A stretch of DNA of 64,000 nucleotides from positions 68,416 through 132,415 of the forward strand of contig JAPKCS010000001.1 of NCBI GenBank assembly GCA_028822845.1, written 5' to 3'. Under the pieces are notes generated by a model. The model was not told where the DNA came from. It saw nothing but the letters and a program-made list of their open reading frames with translations, and ran no database searches. Position 1 is the first letter of the stretch; the number at the start of each line of letters is the position of its first letter. The translations under genes and the position numbers were made by a program. This DNA comes from Candidatus Poseidoniaceae archaeon (lineage in GTDB: Archaea > Thermoplasmatota > Poseidoniia > Poseidoniales > Poseidoniaceae). Of this stretch, positions 1 to 9,226 are shown in pieces.

Positions 1-624
1 GGGCCCGGCATCGATGGCTTGGGCTTGGATTGGTCGAACACGCGGTTGTCGTTGTTCAACATCAGCGACCCAACATCCCCATCGGTTGACGATGTGCTTT
101 CACTCACCCCGGTCGCCAATTCGAACGACACGGCTTGGACATGGTCGTACTCTGAAGCCTCATATGAGCACAAAGCCTTCCAATACTGGGCGCCGAAAGG
201 GTTGCTTGCAGTGCCCCTTTCAACTTACAGGTACGACAGTTCATATGATCAAAATGGACGCTATTCCTACTCCTACCAATACGTCAGTAATTTGGTGATT
301 GTGAATGTATCAGAAGAGACAGGAACCATGTCGATTCATGGAACAGTCAACCACTCCACGTTCTACAACAATGAAGAAAGCACTTATTTTGGCGGCAACT
401 ACAACATCCGCCGTTCGATCTTCATGGGCGATTTCATCTATGCAGTTTCAGCCCAAGGCGTGACCGTTACCAACTTAACGACGATGGAAGAATCAACCTC
501 CCTCGCCCTTACCTATGAAGAGCAATGCACCTTTTGCCCCGAGATAGTCGAAGATTCAAGCGAAGGCAGTTCGAGTTCTGAGGGCAGCGAGGACAAACCA
601 TCGCCGAATGAAAGCGAAAGGTGA
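1..624 (+). CDS. 3' end of a CDS truncated by the window start. Ser/Tyr/Asn-rich beta-rich protein with an acidic Ser/Glu-rich C-terminal tail.
   Basis: The frame is open from nt 1 and the ORF track shows 19..624. The tail reads SSEGSSSSEGSEDKPSPNESER. The stop overlaps the next start by 4 nt. Confidence 0.45.
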   Translation, partial: GPGIDGLGLDWSNTRLSLFNISDPTSPSVDDVLSLTPVANSNDTAWTWSYSEASYEHKAFQYWAPKGLLAVPLSTYRYDSSYDQNGRYSYSYQYVSNLVIVNVSEETGTMSIHGTVNHSTFYNNEESTYFGGNYNIRRSIFMGDFIYAVSAQGVTVTNLTTMEESTSLALTYEEQCTFCPEIVEDSSEGSSSSEGSEDKPSPNESER

Positions 625-1571
625 GTGACCACATGCCCATCTCGATTGGCGTTGTTGGCTGCGGGCGTTGGGGGTCCATTCACCTCCAGACACTCTTGCG
701 CATGAAACGCGAAGGAACCGTCAACCGCATCATTGCGTGTGATGCGGACCGAACGAAACTTCCACCCACAACCGACATCGACGCCATCTATGGTGGATGG
801 GAACGGATGTGTGATTCAGAACCACTGGACCTGGTCATCCTTGCCACGCCAAACAGAACGCATGAAAAGATCGGGTTGGCGCTGCTTGCTCGGGGTGTTC
901 GGGTATTGATTGAGAAGCCCTTTTCCACTTCAATCGAAGGAACACAGCGACTGATCCAAGAGGCTGAGAAAAACAACACATACACCGTTTCTGGCTACTT
1001 ATTGCGACATCATGCGGGAATTCAGCGTGTGCGCCAACTCATTGATGAGAAAACACTCGGCGAGGTGATTCAGATCACCTACACGCGGTATACAAACAGG
1101 CCAAAGCCGACTGAAATGCCGATCCTCGAAGGTCTCGGCTCGCACGGCGTGGACACATTAGATTACCTTGTGGCGGGGGAACACCACCTTACCTTTTCAT
1201 CGGGGCTTTTCGAACACCCCACTGACAAACCAGCAACCATCCAGACGGCCAGCAGCGCGCGTTTCCTTTTCGAAGGCGAGTCGCAGCTTCACACGAACCG
1301 TTTCTCAGCAACCGTCGAAGTCGGCTGGGGTCAAAGCGAAGAACGCCGGGAACTTCTCGTTCAGGGGACCAAAGGAAAGGTTTCAATTGATTTTGGCCAA
1401 CATCAAAGGTACACCTTGGATGGCGTTGAAAGGGACCTGGGGGCGACAAAGTCTCCGCTCGAGGCTCAGATACTGGACGCTCTGGCACGCCCTACATTGC
1501 CAGCAGAAATGGCCGAGGCACTTCTGCGTACGACACAACGAATCGAATCGATCAAGCATCAGTGTGTTTGA
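621..1571 (+). CDS. Gfo/Idh/MocA-family NAD(P)-dependent oxidoreductase
   Basis: N-terminal Rossmann signature IGVVGCGRWGSIH, then LVILATPNRTHEKIGLALLARGVRVLIEKP, typical of this family. Length 316 aa. Confidence 0.7.
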   Translation: MSDHMPISIGVVGCGRWGSIHLQTLLRMKREGTVNRIIACDADRTKLPPTTDIDAIYGGWERMCDSEPLDLVILATPNRTHEKIGLALLARGVRVLIEKPFSTSIEGTQRLIQEAEKNNTYTVSGYLLRHHAGIQRVRQLIDEKTLGEVIQITYTRYTNRPKPTEMPILEGLGSHGVDTLDYLVAGEHHLTFSSGLFEHPTDKPATIQTASSARFLFEGESQLHTNRFSATVEVGWGQSEERRELLVQGTKGKVSIDFGQHQRYTLDGVERDLGATKSPLEAQILDALARPTLPAEMAEALLRTTQRIESIKHQCV

Positions 1572-1589
1572 TTGAATTGATGCTTTGGA

Positions 1590-1982
1590 TTGCGAGTCTT
1601 CAAGAATTGGATGCGTTTGGCCTACATCATGGGCCTCTCCTATACCGCCATTCAGCGAATGTTTGTTGCAAACTTCATTGTCTCTGCCGCGACATGGTAC
1701 ACCCAAGACAATTACACAGATGGAGCGCTCGTTCTGATCGCCCTATCGGCCCTCATCGGCATTGCTTGGGGCCTTTCAGAACGCGAAATGACGTTTGAAC
1801 ACCTCGGTATGAATCAGGCCGGAGTGCTTACCATGCTGGCGTTCATTGGCTCAATAGCCTTGTTCGCAGAAGTGGGTGTTCGAATCTGGGGCTTTCCAAC
1901 CACAGGGTCGTATGTTCTCTCGGTGTTCTTCATCGGCTCCTTCTGGTGGACCGGTGCTTTAATTCAGCCAAAGACCAACTGA
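1590..1982 (+). CDS. Small integral membrane protein (3-4 predicted TM helices), unknown function
   Basis: Hydrophobic helical segments throughout (LVLIALSALIGIAWGL, VLTMLAFIGSIALFA). No recognisable domain. Confidence 0.4.
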   Translation: MRVFKNWMRLAYIMGLSYTAIQRMFVANFIVSAATWYTQDNYTDGALVLIALSALIGIAWGLSEREMTFEHLGMNQAGVLTMLAFIGSIALFAEVGVRIWGFPTTGSYVLSVFFIGSFWWTGALIQPKTN

Positions 1983-2020
1983 AACGAGCGTCAAAGTTGC
2001 CTCCGCCATGTGCGTAGGCC

Positions 2021-3433
2021 GTGCGAAGGGTGAAAAGCCGTGGGCATGGACCATGGTTGATTGATATGGCAAAGTATGGCGACCACCCCCCGCTTCCTCA
2101 GCGACTTGAAGCCCTGCTCATGGAGGACGTCCATACCGTATTCATCAAGGCAGATTGCCCACCAAGGGTCAAACGCGGTACGATTGGCCAATTGAAATTG
2201 GTTGAAGTCGAGGGTGCGGATGACGGACAATGGGACACATTGCGGATGGAATCATTGCAAGAAGAATTGGTCGGTATGATCGACGAACACCGCCATCGCA
2301 GCGACTGTTTCCTAGAAATCGATCGAAAGGGATGCCAAGTCCTCCAACTTGGTGACTTACGAATTTCGTGTGCTTGGCCCCCATTCGCTGATGCACGAGA
2401 GATCACCATCGTCCGACCAGTTGCCAAATTATCCCTTGGCGAGTATGAATTGGATCAACGGCTCATCGACCGCTTGGCCGACCACCACCGGGGCGTGTTT
2501 ATTTGTGGCCGCCCAGGTTCTGGAAAGACAACCCTCGCCCAAGCCATCGCAGAATACCTCGATACCGAGATTGGCGCCATGGTGAAAACGATGGAAGCGC
2601 CACGAGATCTCCAGTTGGCCGACCGAATCACGCAGTATGCACCACTCGAAGGCGATTTGGAAAAAACAGCCGAGATCATTTTCCTCGTCCGCCCGGATTT
2701 CGTTATCTTTGACGAAGTGCGCCGCGCCCGAGATTTCGAGATTTTCGCAGACGTGCGCTTAGCAGGTGTCGGGCTTCTTGGTGTCACACACGCCAATTCA
2801 GCCCTCGAAGCCATTCAACGTTTGATTGGAAAGGTCGAACTTGGATTGGTGAGCCAGGTGCTTGATACCATCATCCACGTCGAAGCCGGGAAAATTGAGC
2901 AAGTCATGGAACTTCGAATGACAGTGAAACCACCGACGGGCATGCAAGAAGAACTCGCCCGACCAGTCATCGAAGTTGTTGAATTCCCAAGCGGAAAAAT
3001 CACTCATGAAATGTTCGCTTTCGGCTCTGAAATTGCAGTTGTACCTGTCGAAGGCCGTGAAACCGGAGGGGCCCTTTCACCGTTGAAGACACTCGCCCGA
3101 GACCAGCTCGTCCAGATCATTCGACAGTGGGTGGGTGTGGAGTGCCAAGTTCAATTCAAGGGCGAATCCAGTGCGACGATTTACGCACCACAAAACATGA
3201 TTCCAACCCTGATTGGTAAAGGTGGCGAAAACGTTCGCCAACTCCAAGACGAACTTGGGGGCATGCACCTAAACATCGAATCCTTTGACGAAATGCCCGA
3301 ATCGTTAGGTGCTTCATCCAACCCTAACTGGCGTGAAACCTCGGATCGACGCAGTCGAGATGGCAAGGCATGGGAACAAAATGGACGCGGAAACAACCCC
3401 CGGAAAAGCAAAGGGAAGAAAAACCGAAGGTGA
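2021..3433 (+). CDS. PilT/PhoH-like P-loop ATPase with C-terminal KH RNA-binding domain (archaeal COG1855-type), ending in a basic Arg/Lys/Gly tail
   Basis: Walker A GRPGSGKTTLAQAI, Walker B-like IIFLVRPDFVIFDEVR, KH motif IPTLIGKGGENVRQLQDELG, tail RSRDGKAWEQNGRGNNPRKSKGKKNRR. Confidence 0.65.
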   Translation: MRRVKSRGHGPWLIDMAKYGDHPPLPQRLEALLMEDVHTVFIKADCPPRVKRGTIGQLKLVEVEGADDGQWDTLRMESLQEELVGMIDEHRHRSDCFLEIDRKGCQVLQLGDLRISCAWPPFADAREITIVRPVAKLSLGEYELDQRLIDRLADHHRGVFICGRPGSGKTTLAQAIAEYLDTEIGAMVKTMEAPRDLQLADRITQYAPLEGDLEKTAEIIFLVRPDFVIFDEVRRARDFEIFADVRLAGVGLLGVTHANSALEAIQRLIGKVELGLVSQVLDTIIHVEAGKIEQVMELRMTVKPPTGMQEELARPVIEVVEFPSGKITHEMFAFGSEIAVVPVEGRETGGALSPLKTLARDQLVQIIRQWVGVECQVQFKGESSATIYAPQNMIPTLIGKGGENVRQLQDELGGMHLNIESFDEMPESLGASSNPNWRETSDRRSRDGKAWEQNGRGNNPRKSKGKKNRR

Positions 3434-3500
3434 CAACCGGTTCTAGGTTCGTCACAAGTCCTTCGAAAGTCTATTTGCTGTTGCCGACATGGGATTCTGC

Positions 3501-3508
3501 TTTTATAG
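3501..3508 (+). promoter_or_regulatory. Archaeal TATA box (TTTTATAG) centred about 26 nt upstream of the ATG at 3530; leaderless-type promoter
   Basis: ttttatag lies 22-29 nt upstream of the start codon with no SD motif between, the classic archaeal leaderless geometry. Confidence 0.5.
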
Positions 3509-3529
3509 AAAGAGTTCGTCACAGAAGGC

Positions 3530-4111
3530 ATGACCGATGACGAAAGCACGTCGACACACGACGGGCGGGCCCTCGTGAAATTCCTTTTGGAAAATCGAAT
3601 GATGATGAGTTACATGTCAATTTTGATGATTGTTTACGCTGTTTGGGCCACAATCGAGGTTCTGACAAACGCCAGTGGCGCTACATGGTGGCCTCCAGAA
3701 ACAGGCATCGCCGCTTCCGAACTCTACAACAATCCTGACGCCGTTCAGAACATCAACAACGGCTGGGTCATTGGCATCGGCGCAGTGTTCGGAACTGTCG
3801 GCATCATGATTCAATATTTCTACCGAGCTGCACCATACGTTGACGCTTCAATGCAAGCAACAGCAGCACTCATCATTTCAGCAGTCAAAGAAGACTCAAT
3901 TCATGAATCTGCAGAAAAACTAGCTAAGGAAATCGTTGCAGCCGAAAAAGAAGAGGAAGCAGCCGAAGCAGCCGAAGCAGCAGAAGAACAACAACACGAG
4001 GAAGAAGAATCCGACGAAGAAGGCGAAGAGGCTTCATCCGAGGAAGAACATCAAGAAAACGACGAAACTGCTGAACCGTCGGAAGAAGAAGGACAGCGAA
4101 AGAAATTCTGA
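3530..4111 (+). CDS. Small 2-TM membrane protein with a poly-acidic Glu/Ala-rich C-terminal tail
   Basis: TM segments MSILMIVYAVWATIEVL and WVIGIGAVFGTVGIMI. Tail EEEAAEAAEAAEEQQHEEEESDEEGEEASSEEEHQEND. First gene of a 3-gene same-strand cluster. Confidence 0.5.
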   Translation: MTDDESTSTHDGRALVKFLLENRMMMSYMSILMIVYAVWATIEVLTNASGATWWPPETGIAASELYNNPDAVQNINNGWVIGIGAVFGTVGIMIQYFYRAAPYVDASMQATAALIISAVKEDSIHESAEKLAKEIVAAEKEEEAAEAAEAAEEQQHEEEESDEEGEEASSEEEHQENDETAEPSEEEGQRKKF

Positions 4112-4120
4112 GGTGAAATT

Positions 4121-6157
4121 ATGTGGGAACATCGATCTGTATCAAACAAAGCTTATGCTGAAACTAAAGTCATGCGTCCAAGCGAAACATATGTTCGCTT
4201 GATGGACGTAGTTGAAGAAGCCGTCTCGAGGGCTCAAGTCGACGAATTCGACCACGAATCCTTCCTGAAATACATCCCTCAACGAGGCCCATGGGAAGAA
4301 TTGCCCGCTACTGATTCTTCCAAAGCAGATCCTCGTACACGTTACATCGGGCCAGCCCGGGCACGTTTGCTCAACACCAACCTGATCCTCGGATCAACCT
4401 GGATTGAAGCAGAGCGGTTCAAGTTTGAACGCCGAATTTCAAGCGTCGCGGAATTCCTCAAGCAAAAGACCATCATCAATGCTAACATGTGGACTCCAAA
4501 ACAACTCTCGACAACACAAACCCTCTTTTTCTGCTCAACAGGCGATGAAGAACGCATGGGAGGATCTTTCCTCACAGGCGACGGTCCTGGCGTCGACCAC
4601 CCCTTCCTCGGTCACAAGGAAGGCGAACAACCAGAATGGGAACCGATTCTTTGGGGACTTGGACACCGCGGTGTTGTCCCCGACTCCGACCCACTCGACC
4701 AATGCTTCTACCCATCCTTGATGCACCGAGGCGTTTCTTTCAACAACCGTTTGGGTTGGATTCGCTACTCTCCTGCCGGTTTCGGTAAGGATGCGAGCGG
4801 TTACATCATGACGCGCCCAGGGACTTGGATCTGGCCCGCGGTCAATGGAAATCGTGAATCCCCAACCGCATTCAACCTCTTGGTCAATCTTCCAGACCGA
4901 CGCCTTTCATTCGGTGAAGAAGGTATCACAGATGTGTTCATGACCACAGGAAAGACCTCTCTCTACAGCCTCATGGGCATGATGAGTTCCTCCACGGTCC
5001 GCCAAATGTTTGGCGCAGGATCCGAAATGGTTCCACTTGAATTCCACTGCGTCGAACCTGGGTTGGATGAATGGATTGCAAGCGCCAGTGATGAGGACAA
5101 GTACGCTCGTTTGTTCGAGGTTTGTGCTTCGCTTGGCTACATGCTCACCGATCCTTGGATCGGCGGACTCGGTGGCGGTGCAAAGCGCCGTCGCTTGCTT
5201 GTCTACCCTCGTGATCAAGGCAACTTGTTGACCTGCGTCAACGCCAGCCAAGTCGCAGACCATGCTTTGAAGTCCAACTACGAAGCAACCGTGTTCACCA
5301 AGCTCGACCAAGCCGATTTCATGAACCGCGTTACTCGTCGGTTCAAGGCCTACGCTGATTTGGTTGCCGCAAGCGATGTCGCTCAAGGCTCCCGTTGGAT
5401 CAGCCAAGCTGATTTCCACGATGGAGAAAAGAAGCAAGCAGGACCCCACGTCCACTCGATTCTTTCCGTCCGTGGCTATGACGTCATGAGCATGGATGAA
5501 TACATTCAGACCTTCAATGACATCTCAGCAGCTCCTGACCGATTGATGCGCCGTTGCGTTCAATCAATTGCTACCAACGCTTTGAAGACGGTCTACCCAA
5601 TGACTGATCTTGGAGAAACTGCAGACTCTGCACCATACTCCCACATCTTTGGGGCCAAAGACGACAACCCCCTTGTCTACTACACAGACATCCGGTTCTT
5701 GGTCCCAACATCGATTGACAAGTTGCGTCACATCACCGGATCCCGTGGTGCAGATCGTGGACGAATGCGTGAAGCGTTCACCTCACTCACCAACGCCGAC
5801 CCAATGACCAGCCTCTCGATCCAAGACATCTGTTTGCCGTTCCTCGCTGACATGGGTCCAGACTCCTGGCAGAACGGAACCGGATTGAACGAGAACGAAA
5901 TCATCGTCGAAGTCACCATGGCAGTCAACCCTGCACGTGTTTGGCGCGCATTGCTTGATCCAACCACACGGGAAGTCTTCGACCTACCTAAGGGCAAGCA
6001 AGGAACAGCCGCTAACCTATGGGGCGATATTTTCATCGAAAACGATACTCTTCATCAGAAGATGGAACGCGATGGACTTTCTCATTACTTGCGCTTGCTC
6101 AAGTTGGCGTACAACTGGTCCAACGACGAAACGCGAAAGAATCACGGCTTGAAGTGA
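4121..6157 (+). CDS. 678-aa soluble protein of unknown function (orphan, no recognisable motif)
   Basis: Long ORF starting 9 nt after the previous gene, with coding-like composition. I see no Walker, Rossmann or catalytic signature. Confidence 0.55.
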   Translation: MWEHRSVSNKAYAETKVMRPSETYVRLMDVVEEAVSRAQVDEFDHESFLKYIPQRGPWEELPATDSSKADPRTRYIGPARARLLNTNLILGSTWIEAERFKFERRISSVAEFLKQKTIINANMWTPKQLSTTQTLFFCSTGDEERMGGSFLTGDGPGVDHPFLGHKEGEQPEWEPILWGLGHRGVVPDSDPLDQCFYPSLMHRGVSFNNRLGWIRYSPAGFGKDASGYIMTRPGTWIWPAVNGNRESPTAFNLLVNLPDRRLSFGEEGITDVFMTTGKTSLYSLMGMMSSSTVRQMFGAGSEMVPLEFHCVEPGLDEWIASASDEDKYARLFEVCASLGYMLTDPWIGGLGGGAKRRRLLVYPRDQGNLLTCVNASQVADHALKSNYEATVFTKLDQADFMNRVTRRFKAYADLVAASDVAQGSRWISQADFHDGEKKQAGPHVHSILSVRGYDVMSMDEYIQTFNDISAAPDRLMRRCVQSIATNALKTVYPMTDLGETADSAPYSHIFGAKDDNPLVYYTDIRFLVPTSIDKLRHITGSRGADRGRMREAFTSLTNADPMTSLSIQDICLPFLADMGPDSWQNGTGLNENEIIVEVTMAVNPARVWRALLDPTTREVFDLPKGKQGTAANLWGDIFIENDTLHQKMERDGLSHYLRLLKLAYNWSNDETRKNHGLK

Positions 6158-6192
6158 GAGACCAACTGGTGCGAATTCGGAGGTGACGGGCC

Positions 6193-7458
6193 GTGACAAC
6201 GACACTTAACCTCACCGAAATCTTGTCGTCTTTACAAGACTACATGACTGCTGACGGAGCAATTTCCTCTGAGCAACGTTCGTTTTATACCGCCTTCCGT
6301 GGACAATTAGATCTTCATCCTGGGGCGTTCCTCGCACAGGATATTCAGCGCCTCCTACAAAGCGCCCGAATCGATATGGCTGGCGATGTCGACCAAGAAG
6401 AATTTGAGTGCTATGTCGAAGCAGTGATGTCAAAAGTAAGTTTGAAAGAACGGCTCGAAGTAACAGAAAAAGTCGTCACACGTTCACAAGAAGAAATTGA
6501 CGCCATGGTACACCAAGCCGAAGCTGAGGCCCGTGCAGCGGTCCAAGAAGAATACAGACTTCGAGCAAAATTCGATTCGTCCGAACCGGCCCCGGCAGAA
6601 CAGGTCGGTCAATCCGATGAAGAGGTAGCAACCCTCATCAAAGAAAAAGCCCGGATTGCCGCTGAAGAAGCCCGTGTAGCGGCTCAAGACGCCGCATCAA
6701 GGGCCGAGGTCGATGGACGGGAACAACTCAGAAAAGACGAGCACGACAAGGCAATGGCTGAAATCGAATCTGCTCGAATTACTGCTGAAGAAGAAACTGC
6801 TCGCATCAAAGCCGAAACCGAATCACAACTCGCAGAGGCCCAGGAAACTCTCAAGCGTGCCGAATCTGAAGCAGCCTACCGGAAAGAGGAAGATGAAGCA
6901 AGACGCAAAGCTGAGTCAGAACTTGAAGATTCCAAACGTAAGGCCGAAGCAGAACTAACTGCAGCACGAGAATCAGCAGCATTAGCCCAGGAAACACTTG
7001 CCAGACAGCAAGCCGAAGCCGCTGCACTTGCCCTCGAGGCTGAAGCAGAGCGATCACGAGCAAGCGAAGATGCCGCATTGGCGCAGGAACGACTCGCGCT
7101 CCAGCAAGCCGAAGCAGAACGTGTACGGGCTGGCGAATTAGCAGCATTGGCACAGGAAACCCTTGCATTACAGCAAGCCGCCGCAGCGGCCCTGTCTGAA
7201 GAAAACGACGCCCCCTCTGTGCCCGAATCCCCATCCTTCGAAGAACCAGAGGTACCAGAGGTACCAGAGGAACCAGAGGTACCCGAGGAACCAGAAGAAG
7301 ACACTGAGAAGGATTTGCCAGAACTCCCCCCGCTTGGTGGAGCCACCCAACCCCTTTCACCCACCCCTCCTCCCAGCAAGTTCGGTATGGTCCAAGTGAT
7401 CGGTGTTGCGACCGGGGCCATTGGTGCAGTTGCGGCTGTGTTTATCTTCCTCCTCTGA
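6193..7458 (+). CDS. Tail-anchored protein: N-terminal TerB-like domain, long Ala/Glu/Gln coiled coil with tandem repeats, acidic Pro/Glu linker, C-terminal TM helix
   Basis: SD GGAGGTGA 6 nt upstream of a GTG start. N-terminal DGAISSEQRSFYTAFRGQL looks TerB-like. Repeats ALAQETLA(R/L)QQAEAAAL appear three times, then PEVPEVPEEPEVPEEPEE, and the protein ends in the TM segment VIGVATGAIGAVAAVFIFLL. Confidence 0.55.
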   Translation: MTTTLNLTEILSSLQDYMTADGAISSEQRSFYTAFRGQLDLHPGAFLAQDIQRLLQSARIDMAGDVDQEEFECYVEAVMSKVSLKERLEVTEKVVTRSQEEIDAMVHQAEAEARAAVQEEYRLRAKFDSSEPAPAEQVGQSDEEVATLIKEKARIAAEEARVAAQDAASRAEVDGREQLRKDEHDKAMAEIESARITAEEETARIKAETESQLAEAQETLKRAESEAAYRKEEDEARRKAESELEDSKRKAEAELTAARESAALAQETLARQQAEAAALALEAEAERSRASEDAALAQERLALQQAEAERVRAGELAALAQETLALQQAAAAALSEENDAPSVPESPSFEEPEVPEVPEEPEVPEEPEEDTEKDLPELPPLGGATQPLSPTPPPSKFGMVQVIGVATGAIGAVAAVFIFLL

Positions 7459-7549
7459 GCAACCGACATCGTCGTAAAGCCTCCTCATTTCTTGGATGTA
7501 CGAAGCAAGAGAAAGGGTTCATCTATGCGCTTCACCGCCGCTTGAAGTG

Positions 7550-9148
7550 ATGGCTCAACCGAATGATGGTTCTGGACGCGCACCTGTTGCGATTGTCCGC
7601 CCAACCACTTCCATAACCAGTGGTGTGGCCGTCACGCAAAAACTCGTGAGCGCATCCGTCGCATTTGGAGATCTCCTTCGCGGAACATTTGGCCCAAATG
7701 GGCTTGACAAAATGATGTACAAGACCAGCGGCGAAACCGCAGTGACCAATGATGGGGCAAAAATTGTCGCAGAACTTCTCGTGAAGCATCCAGCCGCAAA
7801 AGCGTTCGTTCAACTCGCCAAATCCCAAGAAAACGCCTGCGGCGATGGCGTCACTGGTTGCCTAATCGTGGCCAGTGAACTGATGCGTGAAGCCGGCCGA
7901 CTTCTTGAAAAAGGCCTTCATCCACTCGTGTTGGTCGAAGGCTACCAACGAGCCCTCCAAGTGACACTGGATACCCTTGACGCACGCGTTGAACAGATCA
8001 GTCCAGCGGATAATGCACGCCTTTTGGCGGTCGCTAAAACTGCAATGATGGGAACCACGGCGGAAAGCGGTAGCGACCATCTCGCCCAATGCATCGTCAC
8101 GGCAGCCAAAACCGTCGCCACCGAACTCAACGGCGTGCTCCATGTCCGTACAGAAGATGTTCGAATGTCCAAGCGCGGCATTGGCGGCATTGCCGATACT
8201 CGACTTGTGCCCGGATTAATACTCGAACGTCGCCTCGAACTCGACCGTCTCCCTCGGCACCTCGAGAACGGCAAGGTGGCGGTCCTTTCATGCCCGCTCG
8301 AAATTGAAACGTCCTCGAGAGAGGCTGAAATTGAAGTGACTTCACCTGATCAATGGGTGGCCTTCATGGACGCTGAAGAAGCTCAACTCGATTCAAAGGC
8401 CCAGGCCATTCTGGATTGTGGCGCCACGCTTGTTGTTTGCGCCGAGGGAATTGATCCACGGGTCCTCCATCGTTGTGTTGACGCCGGAGTGTTCGCTCTT
8501 CCCGGACTTGAACGGGCAGGGGCTGAAGATGTCGCCGCCGCAACCGGCGCCATGATGATCGACCACCTCGATTCTCTCGACGCATCCGTTCTGGGCACCT
8601 TCGAATCGATGCATATTGAAACCCTCGAGGGCGAGGATGCACGCCGAGAACGCCTCCACATTGATGTTGGAGAACAAGCAGGTCTTGCAACCATCGATGT
8701 TGGCGGTGGCGACGGAGTTGCCAGCGAGGAAGTCATTCGTGGACTCTATGATGCCCTTTGTTCAGTCACCAGTGCCATGGAAACCGGCGAGGTCTTACTC
8801 GGTGGCGGGAGCCTCCACATGGCAGCCAGTTTAGCAATCAAGGAAGCAGCAGAAGCTCAAGGCGGACGGGAACGTTTGGCTATGGAAGCGTTCGCTCGTT
8901 CGCTGGAAGCCATTCCTGCAGTGTTGGCGACCAACGCAGGCCATGATCACCTCGACACCCTCCTCGCTCTTCGTTCACTCCACCGAGACGGATCACCAGA
9001 CAGCGGCGTTCAACAGACGGGCCACGCTGGCCCGATTCAATCAGCGTGGTCAAGTGCAGAAACACTCGCTCATGCAATTGAAGCAGCATGTGAAACGGCA
9101 TGCGGGTTGCTTCGCGTGGACCAAGTCATTTCAGCCCGCGGGGATTGA
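7550..9148 (+). CDS. Group II chaperonin (thermosome/CCT family) subunit, divergent paralog
   Basis: Motifs GPNGLDKMM (GPKGMDKM), NDGAKIV, HPAAKAF, CGDGVTG (GDGTT with the second Thr lost), LLGGGSLHMAAS (GGGA), TNAGHD (NAGxD). The ORF track starts at 7496; MAQ at 7550 matches the usual thermosome N-terminus. Confidence 0.75.
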   Translation: MAQPNDGSGRAPVAIVRPTTSITSGVAVTQKLVSASVAFGDLLRGTFGPNGLDKMMYKTSGETAVTNDGAKIVAELLVKHPAAKAFVQLAKSQENACGDGVTGCLIVASELMREAGRLLEKGLHPLVLVEGYQRALQVTLDTLDARVEQISPADNARLLAVAKTAMMGTTAESGSDHLAQCIVTAAKTVATELNGVLHVRTEDVRMSKRGIGGIADTRLVPGLILERRLELDRLPRHLENGKVAVLSCPLEIETSSREAEIEVTSPDQWVAFMDAEEAQLDSKAQAILDCGATLVVCAEGIDPRVLHRCVDAGVFALPGLERAGAEDVAAATGAMMIDHLDSLDASVLGTFESMHIETLEGEDARRERLHIDVGEQAGLATIDVGGGDGVASEEVIRGLYDALCSVTSAMETGEVLLGGGSLHMAASLAIKEAAEAQGGRERLAMEAFARSLEAIPAVLATNAGHDHLDTLLALRSLHRDGSPDSGVQQTGHAGPIQSAWSSAETLAHAIEAACETACGLLRVDQVISARGD

Positions 9149-9226
9149 ACTCCAAAACCTCTTCAAAAAAAGGGGTCGCTATGTTCAATATCATCGGACC
9201 AATGCATTCGATAACGGGTACTTCTG

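Noticed and set aside
4121-6157. Glycyl-radical enzyme signature (VRGYD) in the 678-aa orphan
   Set aside because: The RVxGY-like string lies about 240 residues from the C-terminus, whereas glycyl radical domains are C-terminal. No other GRE features are present.
6851-7469. Two overlapping minus-strand ORFs (169 and 197 aa) antisense to the coiled-coil gene
   Set aside because: They are products of GC-rich Ala/Glu codon repeats (their translations are Ala/Ser/Arg runs). The sense gene has an SD, a TerB-like domain and a TM anchor.
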